Shown: piece after piece, positions 29,265 to 38,030 of the stretch
Numbering within the stretch: the first letter of the stretch is position 1
How the letters are laid out: each line of letters starts with the position of its first letter
From: Spirochaetia bacterium
GTDB taxonomy: Bacteria > Spirochaetota > Spirochaetia > SZUA-6 > Bin103
DNA: 64,000 nucleotides
Reading direction: 5' to 3'
Assembly (NCBI GenBank): GCA_965203905.1
Contig: CBDBDQ010000005.1
Coordinates: forward strand, 7,424,001 to 7,488,000
Notes under the pieces: generated by a model
What the model was told of the DNA's origin: nothing
The model's database searches: none
The model's input: the letters and a program-made list of their open reading frames with translations, nothing else
Program-made: the position numbers and the translations under genes

Positions 29265-29629
29265 GCGATGCAGCGACCCGCGGCTTCGTACGCGGCACGG
29301 CCCGCGACCGCGGCTTCGAGCACGTGGCGAAGTTCCTGCTCCTGCTCGGCGCCGACACCGCGGCGCGGGTCCTGTCCGGACTCACCGCTGCCGAGGTGAC
29401 GGGCATCGTCCGGGAAGTCGCCGCCATCGGCAGCGTCGAGCACCGTGAGGCATACCGGATCCTCGAGGAATTCGGCTACCGGATGGAGACCCGCGAACTG
29501 GATGCGCGCGGTGGTCTCGCCGCCGCCGACGCCATGCTGCGCGCCGCCTTCGGCGAGGAGAGTGCGCGGGCGTGGCGTACGCGACTGGCGGACGCCGCCG
29601 CGGACGGGGAGCAACGATCGCCGCAATGA
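29261..29629 (+). CDS. fliG: FliG N-terminal domain only (truncated FliG1-like protein)
   Basis: VAKFLLLLGADTAARVL...EVAAI...ILEEF...GGLAAADAMLRAAFGEE matches FliG_N; stops at 122 aa. Confidence 0.75.
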   Translation: MSDAATRGFVRGTARDRGFEHVAKFLLLLGADTAARVLSGLTAAEVTGIVREVAAIGSVEHREAYRILEEFGYRMETRELDARGGLAAADAMLRAAFGEESARAWRTRLADAAADGEQRSPQ

Positions 29630-29708
29630 CAAGAGAGAGGGAGCGAGGCATGGGTAAGTCGAACCGGAGCAGCGCCGACACCGCGCTGCCGCCGCCTGGG
29701 TGGCGAGC

Positions 29709-31025
29709 ATGGCGGAGGTAACCGACTGGCGGCGGGTGCCGATCGCCGAGCTGCCCCGGCACCTGGGGGAGCGGGTGGAGATTGCCGGCTGGCTCTACAA
29801 CATCCGCTCCAAGGGCAAGATTCACTTCCTGCAACTCCGCGATGGCAGCGGCCGCGTCCAGGGGGTCGCGGTCGGGGGCGAATGCGACCCTGGTTCGTTC
29901 GCCGCCATGGGCTCCCTCAAGCTGGAGGCCAGCCTGTTGGTGCGCGGCGAAGTGCGTGCCGACGCACGGGCACCGGGAGGCGTCGAGCTCGGAGTACAGG
30001 GGGCCACGGTGTGCCAGAACCCGACCACCGACTACCCGATCGCCAAGAAGGCGCACGGCATAGACTTCCTGCTGGAGCATCGTCACCTGTGGCTGCGGTC
30101 GGCACGCCAGGAAGCGATGCTGCGGGTGCGGAGCCGCACCGCCGCCAGCATGCGGCGCTTCTTCGAGCAACGCGGTTACACCCACGTCGACACTCCGATC
30201 CTGACCGGGGCCATCGGCGAGAGCGCCGGTGCGTTGTTCAGCCTGCCCTACTTCGACCTGGGAGATGCCTACCTCGCTCAGACCGGCCAGCTCTACCTCG
30301 AGGCCGCCTGCGCCGCCCTCGGTCGGGTGTACAACTTCGGCCCCACGTTCCGCGCCGAGAAGTCCAAGACGCGCCGCCACCTCACGGAGTTCTGGATGCT
30401 GGAGGCGGAAGTGGCGTTCATGGACCAACGCGGCAACCTGGAGCTGCAGGAACAGCTGGTCAGCACCGTCGTGGCGGATGTGGTTGCCGAGTGTGCGGCC
30501 GAGCTGGAGACGCTGGGACGCGACCTGGCCCCGTTGCGCGCGGTTGCCGTGCCGTTCCCACGGCTCGACTATGGTGCGGCGGTAGAGTTGCTGCGCGACG
30601 CCGGCAGCGGCATCGCCTGGGGCCAGGACCTGGGCGCCGAGGACGAGACCATCCTGTCGCAACGGTTCGAGCGCCCGCTGTTCGTGGTCAACTACCCGCG
30701 CGAGGTGAAGGCATTCTACATGAAGCGCAACCCCGCGGACCCACGCACCGTGCTGTGCGCCGACCTGCTGGCACCGGAGGGGTACGGTGAGATAATCGGC
30801 GGCTCCCAGCGCGAGGACGACCACGACCTGCTGGAGCAGCGAATCCGCGAAACCGGCCTGCCGCTGGAGACGTATCGCTGGTACCTCGATCTGCGGCGCT
30901 TCGGCAGCGTAGTGCACTCCGGCTTCGGCATCGGACTGGAGCGCACCGTCGCCTGGATCACCGGCACCGCCCACGTACGGGAGAGCGCACCCTTTCCGCG
31001 CACGCTGTCGCGCATCTACCCGTGA
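29709..31025 (+). CDS. asnS: Asparagine--tRNA ligase
   Basis: GWLYNIRSKGKIHFLQLRDGSG, HRHLWLRS, YLAQTGQLY, FRAEKSKTRRHLTEFWMLEAE, EIIGGSQRE, GFGIGLER. Confidence 0.97.
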   Translation: MAEVTDWRRVPIAELPRHLGERVEIAGWLYNIRSKGKIHFLQLRDGSGRVQGVAVGGECDPGSFAAMGSLKLEASLLVRGEVRADARAPGGVELGVQGATVCQNPTTDYPIAKKAHGIDFLLEHRHLWLRSARQEAMLRVRSRTAASMRRFFEQRGYTHVDTPILTGAIGESAGALFSLPYFDLGDAYLAQTGQLYLEAACAALGRVYNFGPTFRAEKSKTRRHLTEFWMLEAEVAFMDQRGNLELQEQLVSTVVADVVAECAAELETLGRDLAPLRAVAVPFPRLDYGAAVELLRDAGSGIAWGQDLGAEDETILSQRFERPLFVVNYPREVKAFYMKRNPADPRTVLCADLLAPEGYGEIIGGSQREDDHDLLEQRIRETGLPLETYRWYLDLRRFGSVVHSGFGIGLERTVAWITGTAHVRESAPFPRTLSRIYP

Positions 31026-31065
31026 CAACGGCGGCGCGGCACCGGGTTATACTACGGTCATTGCA

Positions 31066-31557
31066 ATGTTCTCGCTCGGAATAGCCTATCTGCTGTGGGC
31101 CATCGGCGGCTTCGGCACCCTCGGCCTGCACCGCTTCTACCTGCGCAAGCCCGGTACGGGGGTGCTCTGGCTGCTCACCGGCGGGGTGCTCTGGATCGGC
31201 GCCGTGGTGGACCTGTTCCGTCTTCCGCGACTGGTGGACGAAGCCAACGTGCTCGCCCGCCACCGCGACGAACTCGACGCGCCGCGATCCGCCACCTTCA
31301 CCCCGAGCGCGCCGCCGCAGGAGTCTCTGGAGCAGGCAATCCTGCGCGTCGCCAAGGAGAACGGGGGGCTGGTGTCTCCCAGTGCGGTTGCCACCAGCGG
31401 CAACTGGACCCTCGACGAGACCAAGTCATACCTGGACGGGATGGTGGACAAGGGACACGCCGAGTTGAGGCCCACCAGGAGCGGCACACCGAGCGTGGTG
31501 TACGTGATCCCGGATTTCCTCACCGACGGCACCCGCGGCCAGCTCGAGGATCTGTAA
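31066..31557 (+). CDS. TM2/NINE-domain membrane protein with C-terminal winged-helix-like domain
   Basis: AYLLW...GLHRFYLRKPGTGVLWLLTGG...D (TM2), then EQAILRVAKENGG...LDGMVDKGHA...VYVIPDF. Confidence 0.85.
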   Translation: MFSLGIAYLLWAIGGFGTLGLHRFYLRKPGTGVLWLLTGGVLWIGAVVDLFRLPRLVDEANVLARHRDELDAPRSATFTPSAPPQESLEQAILRVAKENGGLVSPSAVATSGNWTLDETKSYLDGMVDKGHAELRPTRSGTPSVVYVIPDFLTDGTRGQLEDL

Positions 31558-31571
31558 CTCAACGTAAACGG

Positions 31572-32192
31572 CTAGTCGACATGACCCTTGGTCGACATCG
31601 CGGCGCCGGAGGGGGCGTAGGCCGCGGCCAGGGCCCGGCCCAGCGCCTTGAACAGCGCCTCTACCATGTGGTGCGTGTTGACCCCGTGGCGAACGGTAGC
31701 GTGGAGGTTGATCCTGGCGTGCATCGCCACGGCCAGCAGAAACTCACGCACCAGAGCCACGTCGAACGTCCCCACCACGGGTTGCGGGTAGCGGGCGTCG
31801 TAGTGCAGGTAGGGCCGCCCACCGACGTCGATCACCACCTCGCTCAGCGCGTCGTCCATGGGTACCAGGGCGGCGCCGAAACGTTCCACCGCAGACCCGT
31901 TGCGCGCCGCGCGCAAGCAATCGCCCAGAACCAGGCCCACATCCTCCACCAGGTGGTGCGGGTCCACCCCCACGTCACCGCGCGCCTGCACCTGCAGGCC
32001 GAAGCGGCCGTGGAATGCCATTGCCTCCAGCATGTGGCTGAAGAATGGCACCGCGGTGTCGATACGGACGCTCCCGCGCCGATCCAACTCCACGGCCAGC
32101 GTGATCCGGGTCTCCTTGGTGTTGCGCTCCAGGCGTGCGCTGCGCTCCGGGCAAGCGCCGCGCGGCTCGCCGGCTACCTCGCTCTGTGCCAT
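31572..32192 (-). CDS. hisB: Imidazoleglycerol-phosphate dehydratase
   Basis: RNTKET, FFSHML, DPHHLVED, PMDD, NTHHMVEALFKA, STKG. Confidence 0.96.
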   Translation of the reverse strand: MAQSEVAGEPRGACPERSARLERNTKETRITLAVELDRRGSVRIDTAVPFFSHMLEAMAFHGRFGLQVQARGDVGVDPHHLVEDVGLVLGDCLRAARNGSAVERFGAALVPMDDALSEVVIDVGGRPYLHYDARYPQPVVGTFDVALVREFLLAVAMHARINLHATVRHGVNTHHMVEALFKALGRALAAAYAPSGAAMSTKGHVD

Positions 32193-32227
32193 CTCCTCCG
32201 CTGCTCCTTCCGTGGTTCGGGCGCCGG

Positions 32228-33001
32228 TCAGCCGACGCCCCCGTTGCCGGTGAGTCGTCCGACCACCGCCTCCACCTCCCGGTAGTGCACTTTATAATAC
32301 GCGGGGTTGGCGATCAGCCGGACGCGAATCGGTGCCAACTCCGCCACCACTACCAGGTCGTGGGCGGCCAAGGTGCGCCCGGTCTCCACGATATCGACGA
32401 TGAAGGGCGCCAGTCCCAACACCGGCGCCAGCTCCACCGAGCCACTGAGCCTGACCACCTCGACCGGAATCCCCCGGTCATGAAAGTAGGCACGCGCCTG
32501 AGCGGGGTACTTGGTCGCTACCTTGACCCCGCCGGGCCGGTCGTAGGCGGGGGGCGCGCCGCGCGTGGTCACCAGACACATGCGACTGGCCCCGAACGGC
32601 AGCGTCGCCAGGCGGTAGAAGCGGTGACGACTCTCGGCGATCAGGTCGTCGCCACAGATGCCCAGGCCCGCAATGCCGTGACCGACGTAGGTCGGCAGAT
32701 CGTGATTCTTCACCAACAGAAAGCGCAGGCGGTACACCTGCTGCACGGCACCGTCATCCAGCAGCGGCTGGTAGATATCGAAGAAATCGAGCACCGGTGT
32801 TTCCAGCGGCAGGTAGCCCCACCCGGTGAACAGCGAAAAGATGCGTCGCACCAGCTGGTGATGTACGTACGCGTCCTCCAGGTGCAGGCTCTCGGCGCCG
32901 CGCGGCAACTGCAAGCCGCGAGCGGTAGCCCGCGCACCGGCATGCGGCAGCGTGCCACCGTGGCGCGAAGCACCACTTGAGAATGCGGGGATTGCGATCA
33001 T
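32228..33001 (-). CDS. hisG: Chimeric HisZ(N-term)-HisG(short form, N-truncated) ATP phosphoribosyltransferase; possibly non-functional
   Basis: HisZ-like LPRG...WGYLPLETPVLDF...VYRL fused directly to HisG LRFLLVK..DLPTYV...VATKYP...GSVELAP..GLA..IVDIVETGRTL. Start uncertain. Confidence 0.85.
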   Translation of the reverse strand: MIAIPAFSSGASRHGGTLPHAGARATARGLQLPRGAESLHLEDAYVHHQLVRRIFSLFTGWGYLPLETPVLDFFDIYQPLLDDGAVQQVYRLRFLLVKNHDLPTYVGHGIAGLGICGDDLIAESRHRFYRLATLPFGASRMCLVTTRGAPPAYDRPGGVKVATKYPAQARAYFHDRGIPVEVVRLSGSVELAPVLGLAPFIVDIVETGRTLAAHDLVVVAELAPIRVRLIANPAYYKVHYREVEAVVGRLTGNGGVG

Positions 33002-33026
33002 GCGAGTTCGGGGGTGGCGCGCGGAT

Positions 33027-33536
33027 CTACCAGTGCTCGTATGCGACGATGTCGGAGAGCGACTTGCGGACTCGCGCAGGTGGTTCCTGGTCGGTGTACC
33101 CGAGCGCCAGCATGATCACCACGCGCATGGCGTGGGGAACACTGAGGAGGTCCTGGACCTCCTGCTCGTCGAACGTGGTCATGGCGCTCGAACCGATACC
33201 CTCATGGGTGGCCTGCAGCATCATGAAGGCGGTGGCAATGCTCAGATCCACCGGATGGGAGAGCTGACCATTCGGCATCCGATAATCGATATTCGTGGTA
33301 CAAATCGCTATGATGATCGGCGCCGTAGCGATTTGTTCTGCCCCGAACGCAGCATTTGCGAGCCGGTCACGGAGATTCGATCTGCTGACTACGATGAAGC
33401 GCCACTCCTGTCGATTCTTGGCCGACGGCGCCAGGCGCCCGGCGTGCAGAATACGCTCGAGAGGTTCGCGACCAATTTGACGTGGAAGGAAGCGCTTGGC
33501 ACTCCATCGTGCCGTTATCGCCGGAAGAATATCCAT
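33027..33536 (-). CDS. Nitroreductase family protein
   Basis: MDILPAITARWSAKRF...AGRLAPSAKNRQEWRFIVV...MMLQATHEGIGS...LGY. Confidence 0.93.
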   Translation of the reverse strand: MDILPAITARWSAKRFLPRQIGREPLERILHAGRLAPSAKNRQEWRFIVVSRSNLRDRLANAAFGAEQIATAPIIIAICTTNIDYRMPNGQLSHPVDLSIATAFMMLQATHEGIGSSAMTTFDEQEVQDLLSVPHAMRVVIMLALGYTDQEPPARVRKSLSDIVAYEHW

Positions 33537-33581
33537 GGTGCGCACGGTAAGAGTCGAGTCCCGGCAGCATAGTCTATCCGA

Positions 33582-35876
33582 ATGCGCTGTGCAATAACGC
33601 CACGGTGCGCCGGCGCCGCGGTCGTGGTCTGCATTCTGATAGCGCTGACGCAGACCCTCGGCGCACAGCAGGCGCCGCAATCCGGGGACGCCGCCTGGCA
33701 CGCTGCATTCGACCGCGACATGGAGTACCTGTCCGCGCTCAAGCCGCGTGCGGAGGGCGCCAGCGCCGAGTTCCACGCCGCCGAGTACATCCAGCGCCGT
33801 CTTGCCGCGATGGGGCTGGCGCCGCAGTTGCGCATTCTGAACGACCCCCTCTCCGCCACCGTCGAGGCGGTCGTCCCGGGGGCACTCCCCGACTCGCTGC
33901 TGGTAGCGGTGCCGCTGGCACCGCCGGCACCGGCGCCCGGCGACCCGATCGCCGCCTGGCGGCGGCTGGGCGAGCCCACGGTCTCCGGCATCGCGCCAGC
34001 CGTGGCGCTCGGCTTCGCGCGCAGCCTGGCCGGCGCCTCGCGGCCACCACCCGTCACGGTGCGCTTCCTGTTCCTCGGAGCGGAGCACGGCGCCGCCGAG
34101 CAGGGATACCCCGTGGGCAGCCGCAAGTTCCTGCAGGAGTTCCAGGTGGGGGCGCCGGTAGCGGTGCTGTACCTGGATCTGCGCGGCATTCCCAGCCACC
34201 TGGTACCCTACGCGGGCGGCGCCGGCATCGCGTCTCCGCCGTGGCTCTATGACCGGGTGGTGGCCGCGCTGCAGGCGGCCGGCAGCCCGCTGCGCCTGAC
34301 CCGCGCCAACACCATCCATCTGGTGCGCCTCGGCCTGACCCCCCGATCGCTGCTGGCGCCGTTCCACCAGGCCGGTCTTCCGGGGCTGCTGCTGGCCGGC
34401 CAGTATCGGCCCCTCGACGACGCCGAGAGCCTGTTGTGGCCCGGCCGCATGCAGGAGTTCCTGGTGTTGCTGCTGGCGTCGTTCGGCGACGGGGTACCGG
34501 ATGACTGGGGTCGCCACTACCTGCTGTTCAACCGGCCGCGGGCGCCGCTGATCGTTACCGAGCCCGACTACGTGAGAGCGCTGATCGTCGTCCTCGGCCT
34601 GGCGATCACCTACCTCTTCGCCGTGTCGTCCCGGCTGCGTTTCTTCCTGGCTCCGTTGTGGCGCGACCTGTGGCGCATACCGCTGCTGGCTGCGGTCACC
34701 TTCGCCGCGATCAGTGCCGGCACGGTGGCGGTCGGGCTGCTGCCGATGCTGCGGGGCACGCCTACGCTGTGGCACGAGGCACCGCTACTGTTCGTGACGT
34801 TGAAAGTGGCGGTGGCTCTCCTGGCGGCTGCTGTGCTGCGTTACCTGGCTGCCGCGCGTTGGCTCCCGCAGCCTCGACGGCAGCCGGTCGCCAGATTCCA
34901 CTGGGCAGCTGCCGTGGTGTTGCTGTTTGCCCTCGGTGCCGGCGCGGCGACGCTCAACATCGCGCTGGCCTTCCCGCTGGTGTGGGCTCTCATGTGCGCT
35001 CTGCTGGCCACCACCTCCGCCAACCCCTGGATCAGGCTGCTCTGGATTGTGCCGGCGCCGTTGTGGATCGTCGCGCCGGCGCGTGGGCTGCTTACGTTGC
35101 CCGCGCTTCCGTTCGTGGAGCTGGTGCTGTTCGCGTCACCCGGAATCGACCTGCTGGCGACCGCGGCGGTGATGCCGTTCTGGCTGCTCTGGCGCGCCGC
35201 GGCAGGCGGCCTGCGGCGGAGCCGGAGAAGGCGTCCGGGCTACGGCCGGCGAGTGGCACTGCACGCGTGGACTGCCACCCTGGCGGCACTGGTCGTCGCC
35301 GGAGGCGCCCACGCACTTACCATGAACCTGTACGGCGACGACGGCCTGCAGCCGCTCGCCGCCAGGGCTTCCATCGATCTCGACACCGGCCGCAGCAATC
35401 TGCACCTGTCGAGCCCGGGGCCGATCGGAGCCGTGACCGTGAACCTGGCCGGGGAAGAGCGGACCGTGACCACGCGCGAGCAGGTGTTCACCATACCCAT
35501 GGCTACGGTAACCGGGCTGATGACGTTCACCGAGCGTTCGGAGACCTACCGCGACCGCCACAGCGTGACGTTGGATCTGGCGCCGTTGGGTCAGCCCCGT
35601 GAACTGCGCCTTACCCTGGAGTCGGACGACGCCTTCGCACTGCTCGATGCCAGCCACCGGTACTGGAAGCTGGACCAGGGCAGGTACTGCCTGCTGGTAG
35701 GGCTGGGCCCGCCCAATCCGCTGCCGGTGCAGCTTACCGTACCCCGCGACCTGAAGCTGGTGCTGCGTTTCGACTGGGTGTATGACCAGCCGCCGGTGCC
35801 GATCACCGTGCGGGGGGACGACAGGATGGTGGTCACTTCCACCCGCGTGACCGGCTCCATTCCCATCTCGAGTTGA
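33582..35876 (+). CDS. Multi-TM membrane protein with a degenerate M28-peptidase-like extracytoplasmic domain
   Basis: Signal peptide; VRFLFLGAEHG...GSRKF and VLYLDL resemble the M28 core; about 8 hydrophobic segments; soluble C-terminal domain. Confidence 0.7.
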   Translation: MRCAITPRCAGAAVVVCILIALTQTLGAQQAPQSGDAAWHAAFDRDMEYLSALKPRAEGASAEFHAAEYIQRRLAAMGLAPQLRILNDPLSATVEAVVPGALPDSLLVAVPLAPPAPAPGDPIAAWRRLGEPTVSGIAPAVALGFARSLAGASRPPPVTVRFLFLGAEHGAAEQGYPVGSRKFLQEFQVGAPVAVLYLDLRGIPSHLVPYAGGAGIASPPWLYDRVVAALQAAGSPLRLTRANTIHLVRLGLTPRSLLAPFHQAGLPGLLLAGQYRPLDDAESLLWPGRMQEFLVLLLASFGDGVPDDWGRHYLLFNRPRAPLIVTEPDYVRALIVVLGLAITYLFAVSSRLRFFLAPLWRDLWRIPLLAAVTFAAISAGTVAVGLLPMLRGTPTLWHEAPLLFVTLKVAVALLAAAVLRYLAAARWLPQPRRQPVARFHWAAAVVLLFALGAGAATLNIALAFPLVWALMCALLATTSANPWIRLLWIVPAPLWIVAPARGLLTLPALPFVELVLFASPGIDLLATAAVMPFWLLWRAAAGGLRRSRRRRPGYGRRVALHAWTATLAALVVAGGAHALTMNLYGDDGLQPLAARASIDLDTGRSNLHLSSPGPIGAVTVNLAGEERTVTTREQVFTIPMATVTGLMTFTERSETYRDRHSVTLDLAPLGQPRELRLTLESDDAFALLDASHRYWKLDQGRYCLLVGLGPPNPLPVQLTVPRDLKLVLRFDWVYDQPPVPITVRGDDRMVVTSTRVTGSIPISS

Positions 35877-35878
35877 GC

Positions 35879-37108
35879 ATGACGCCGGCGGCGGCCATCC
35901 AGACGTTCCATCTCGACTTCGACGCGTTCTACGCGTCGGTAGAGCAGCGCGACAACCCGGAGCTGCGCGGCCGTCCGGTAGTGGTGGGGGCGGCCCCCGG
36001 CGGTCGCGGCGTCGTATCCGCGTGCTCCTATGAAGCGCGCGCCTTCGGCGTACACTCGGCGATGCCGGTGTCGGAGGCGGTGCGACGCTGTCCCGATGCG
36101 GTATTCCTGCCGGTACGCATGGCGCACTATGCTGCGGTGTCGCGGCAGGTCATGCGGCTGCTGGCTACATTCAGCCCCGTCGTGAGCCCCATCTCCATCG
36201 ACGAGGCGTTCATGGAGGTCGCGGGGCTGGAACGCCTGTGGGGGCCGCCGCAGGAGCTTGCGGAGCGGATTCGCCGCGCGGTGCGCGAGCGCTGGCAACT
36301 CACGATTTCCATCGGCGGCGCCGCCACCCGCTACTTCGCCAAGCTGGCTTCGGCGCGCAGCAAACCGGACGGTGTGTTGCTCGTGCCTCCGGGCAGCGAA
36401 CGCAGCTTCCTGGCCCGGCTCGAGGTGCGTGAACTGTGGGGCATCGGTGCAACGTCCGAACGGCGGCTGGCACGCCACGGCTTGACCAGGGTCGAGCAGC
36501 TCCTGCGGCTGGACCGGGCCACGGCCGCGGCGCTGGTAGGGGAGGGGCTGAGCCGCTACCTGCTCGCCATCTGCGCCGGCGACGATCCCGGACCGTTCGC
36601 GCCCCAACGGCGCAGCCACTCGTTGAGCAGCGAGACCACGTTTCCCGCGGATACCGCCGATCGCGTGGTACTTGAGCGCACCCTGCTGCGGCTGGCCCAT
36701 CGCCTCATGGAGCGCATGTTCGCCGGTGCGTGGGAGGCCAACACCGTGGTGCTCAAGGTACGCGACCACCGCTTTCGCACCAGCACGGTGCGGCGGAGTC
36801 TGAATCGCCCGGTGGCTTCCGCCCAGGAGACCTTCGAGGTGGCACGTCAGCTTCTGCAACAGCGCTGGGATGGGCGGCGGCCGCTGCGACTGCTCGGCAT
36901 CGGTTTCGCCCACGCGGCAAGGCACGAATACACTCAGGGAGAGCTGTTCGACTCGAAGGCGCAACGAATCCGCCAGGTGGAAGAGACGGTAGCCCGGCTC
37001 CGCACGGGCAGCCGGGGCCCCTCGATCACGAAGGCGAGTCTGCTCGGCACCCGCTCGCTGCGGCCCGGTGCCGGCGACGCGCGGCCTCCGGGCGCCATGC
37101 CGGAATAG
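35879..37108 (+). CDS. dinB: DNA polymerase IV
   Basis: HLDFDAFYASVE, SACSYEARAFGVHSAMP, SIDEAF, AKLAS...KPDG, clamp motif QGELF. Confidence 0.96.
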   Translation: MTPAAAIQTFHLDFDAFYASVEQRDNPELRGRPVVVGAAPGGRGVVSACSYEARAFGVHSAMPVSEAVRRCPDAVFLPVRMAHYAAVSRQVMRLLATFSPVVSPISIDEAFMEVAGLERLWGPPQELAERIRRAVRERWQLTISIGGAATRYFAKLASARSKPDGVLLVPPGSERSFLARLEVRELWGIGATSERRLARHGLTRVEQLLRLDRATAAALVGEGLSRYLLAICAGDDPGPFAPQRRSHSLSSETTFPADTADRVVLERTLLRLAHRLMERMFAGAWEANTVVLKVRDHRFRTSTVRRSLNRPVASAQETFEVARQLLQQRWDGRRPLRLLGIGFAHAARHEYTQGELFDSKAQRIRQVEETVARLRTGSRGPSITKASLLGTRSLRPGAGDARPPGAMPE

Positions 37109-37134
37109 CGCAGGGGGGTCGGCCCGGCAGAGAG

Positions 37135-37926
37135 CTAACCGCCTGCGCTGCGCACCTCGGAGATGTAGCTGCCGTCCATACCGTCGACCCTCTGCACCCA
37201 GGCGAGAAACTTCTCAGCTTCCACCCGACTGGCGTAGGGGCCAACCCGGACGCGGAAGAATACCGCGGCTCCGGAGGTGCGGGTGGTGACGCGGCTGACG
37301 ATGCCCTGGTCGCTGAGCCGCTGGCCGAGAGCGTCGGCGCGGCTGCGACTGGCGAAGCTTCCGACCTGTACCCAGAATTCGCGCAACGGCGCCGCCGGAG
37401 TGAGCTTCGCCAGCGGGGCCGCGCGCACGGTCGCCGGTCGGGTGGACGAGGCGGTCGTGGCGGACGCATCATCGCCGGCGGCCGGGGCCGCGGGGGTTCG
37501 GGCGCCGCTGGTGGGGATCGCCCGTACCGCCGGCGTCGTGGCGGGAGCGGCGGGGGCCTGCATATCCACCGTTACCCGGGGGATCGGCTGTCGCGCCGGG
37601 GCGGCCGCCGCCGCGTCATCCGCGGCGCCCGTGGGGCGGACCTCGGTGCCGGTCGTGGCGCCGTCAACCCCCTGACCGGTGAGGGTGCCCTGGTCAGCGC
37701 CCGCGAGCGCGCCTGCGCCAGGGGTGTCGCGCCCCTCCTGCATGGACACCGAGTGCGCGGCCACATACTGGAACGCCGCGCTCCCGTCCCGCATGCGCGG
37801 CAGTGCAAGGTCGTTGCGTGCGCTCGAGTCCACCGGACTCAACCAGTAGAGTCCCCCGGTCAGGACCACGACCAACAGGAGGCCGACTCCTCCCATCACC
37901 CACCAGAGTCGATTTCGTGAATCCAT
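37135..37926 (-). CDS. SPOR-domain membrane-anchored cell-division protein
   Basis: N-terminal TM, Ala/Pro/Thr-rich linker, FWVQVGSF...FRVRVGPY. Confidence 0.9.
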   Translation of the reverse strand: MDSRNRLWWVMGGVGLLLVVVLTGGLYWLSPVDSSARNDLALPRMRDGSAAFQYVAAHSVSMQEGRDTPGAGALAGADQGTLTGQGVDGATTGTEVRPTGAADDAAAAAPARQPIPRVTVDMQAPAAPATTPAVRAIPTSGARTPAAPAAGDDASATTASSTRPATVRAAPLAKLTPAAPLREFWVQVGSFASRSRADALGQRLSDQGIVSRVTTRTSGAAVFFRVRVGPYASRVEAEKFLAWVQRVDGMDGSYISEVRSAGG

Positions 37927-38030
37927 GTGGTACCCCCTGCCGCAGCATGGTTTCCGTACCCTTCAGTATCGACCCGGCGGCGGCGCTACTTGACAACGGG
38001 CGGTTGCCATCGCAGCCCCGAACACCCCGC

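Noticed and set aside
33027-34775. 582-aa minus-strand ORF as a nitroreductase fusion
   Set aside because: Only the last 169 aa are nitroreductase; the rest is antisense to the 33582..35876 gene.
35700-35880. SOS box for dinB
   Set aside because: No recognisable LexA palindrome; dinB directly follows the upstream gene.
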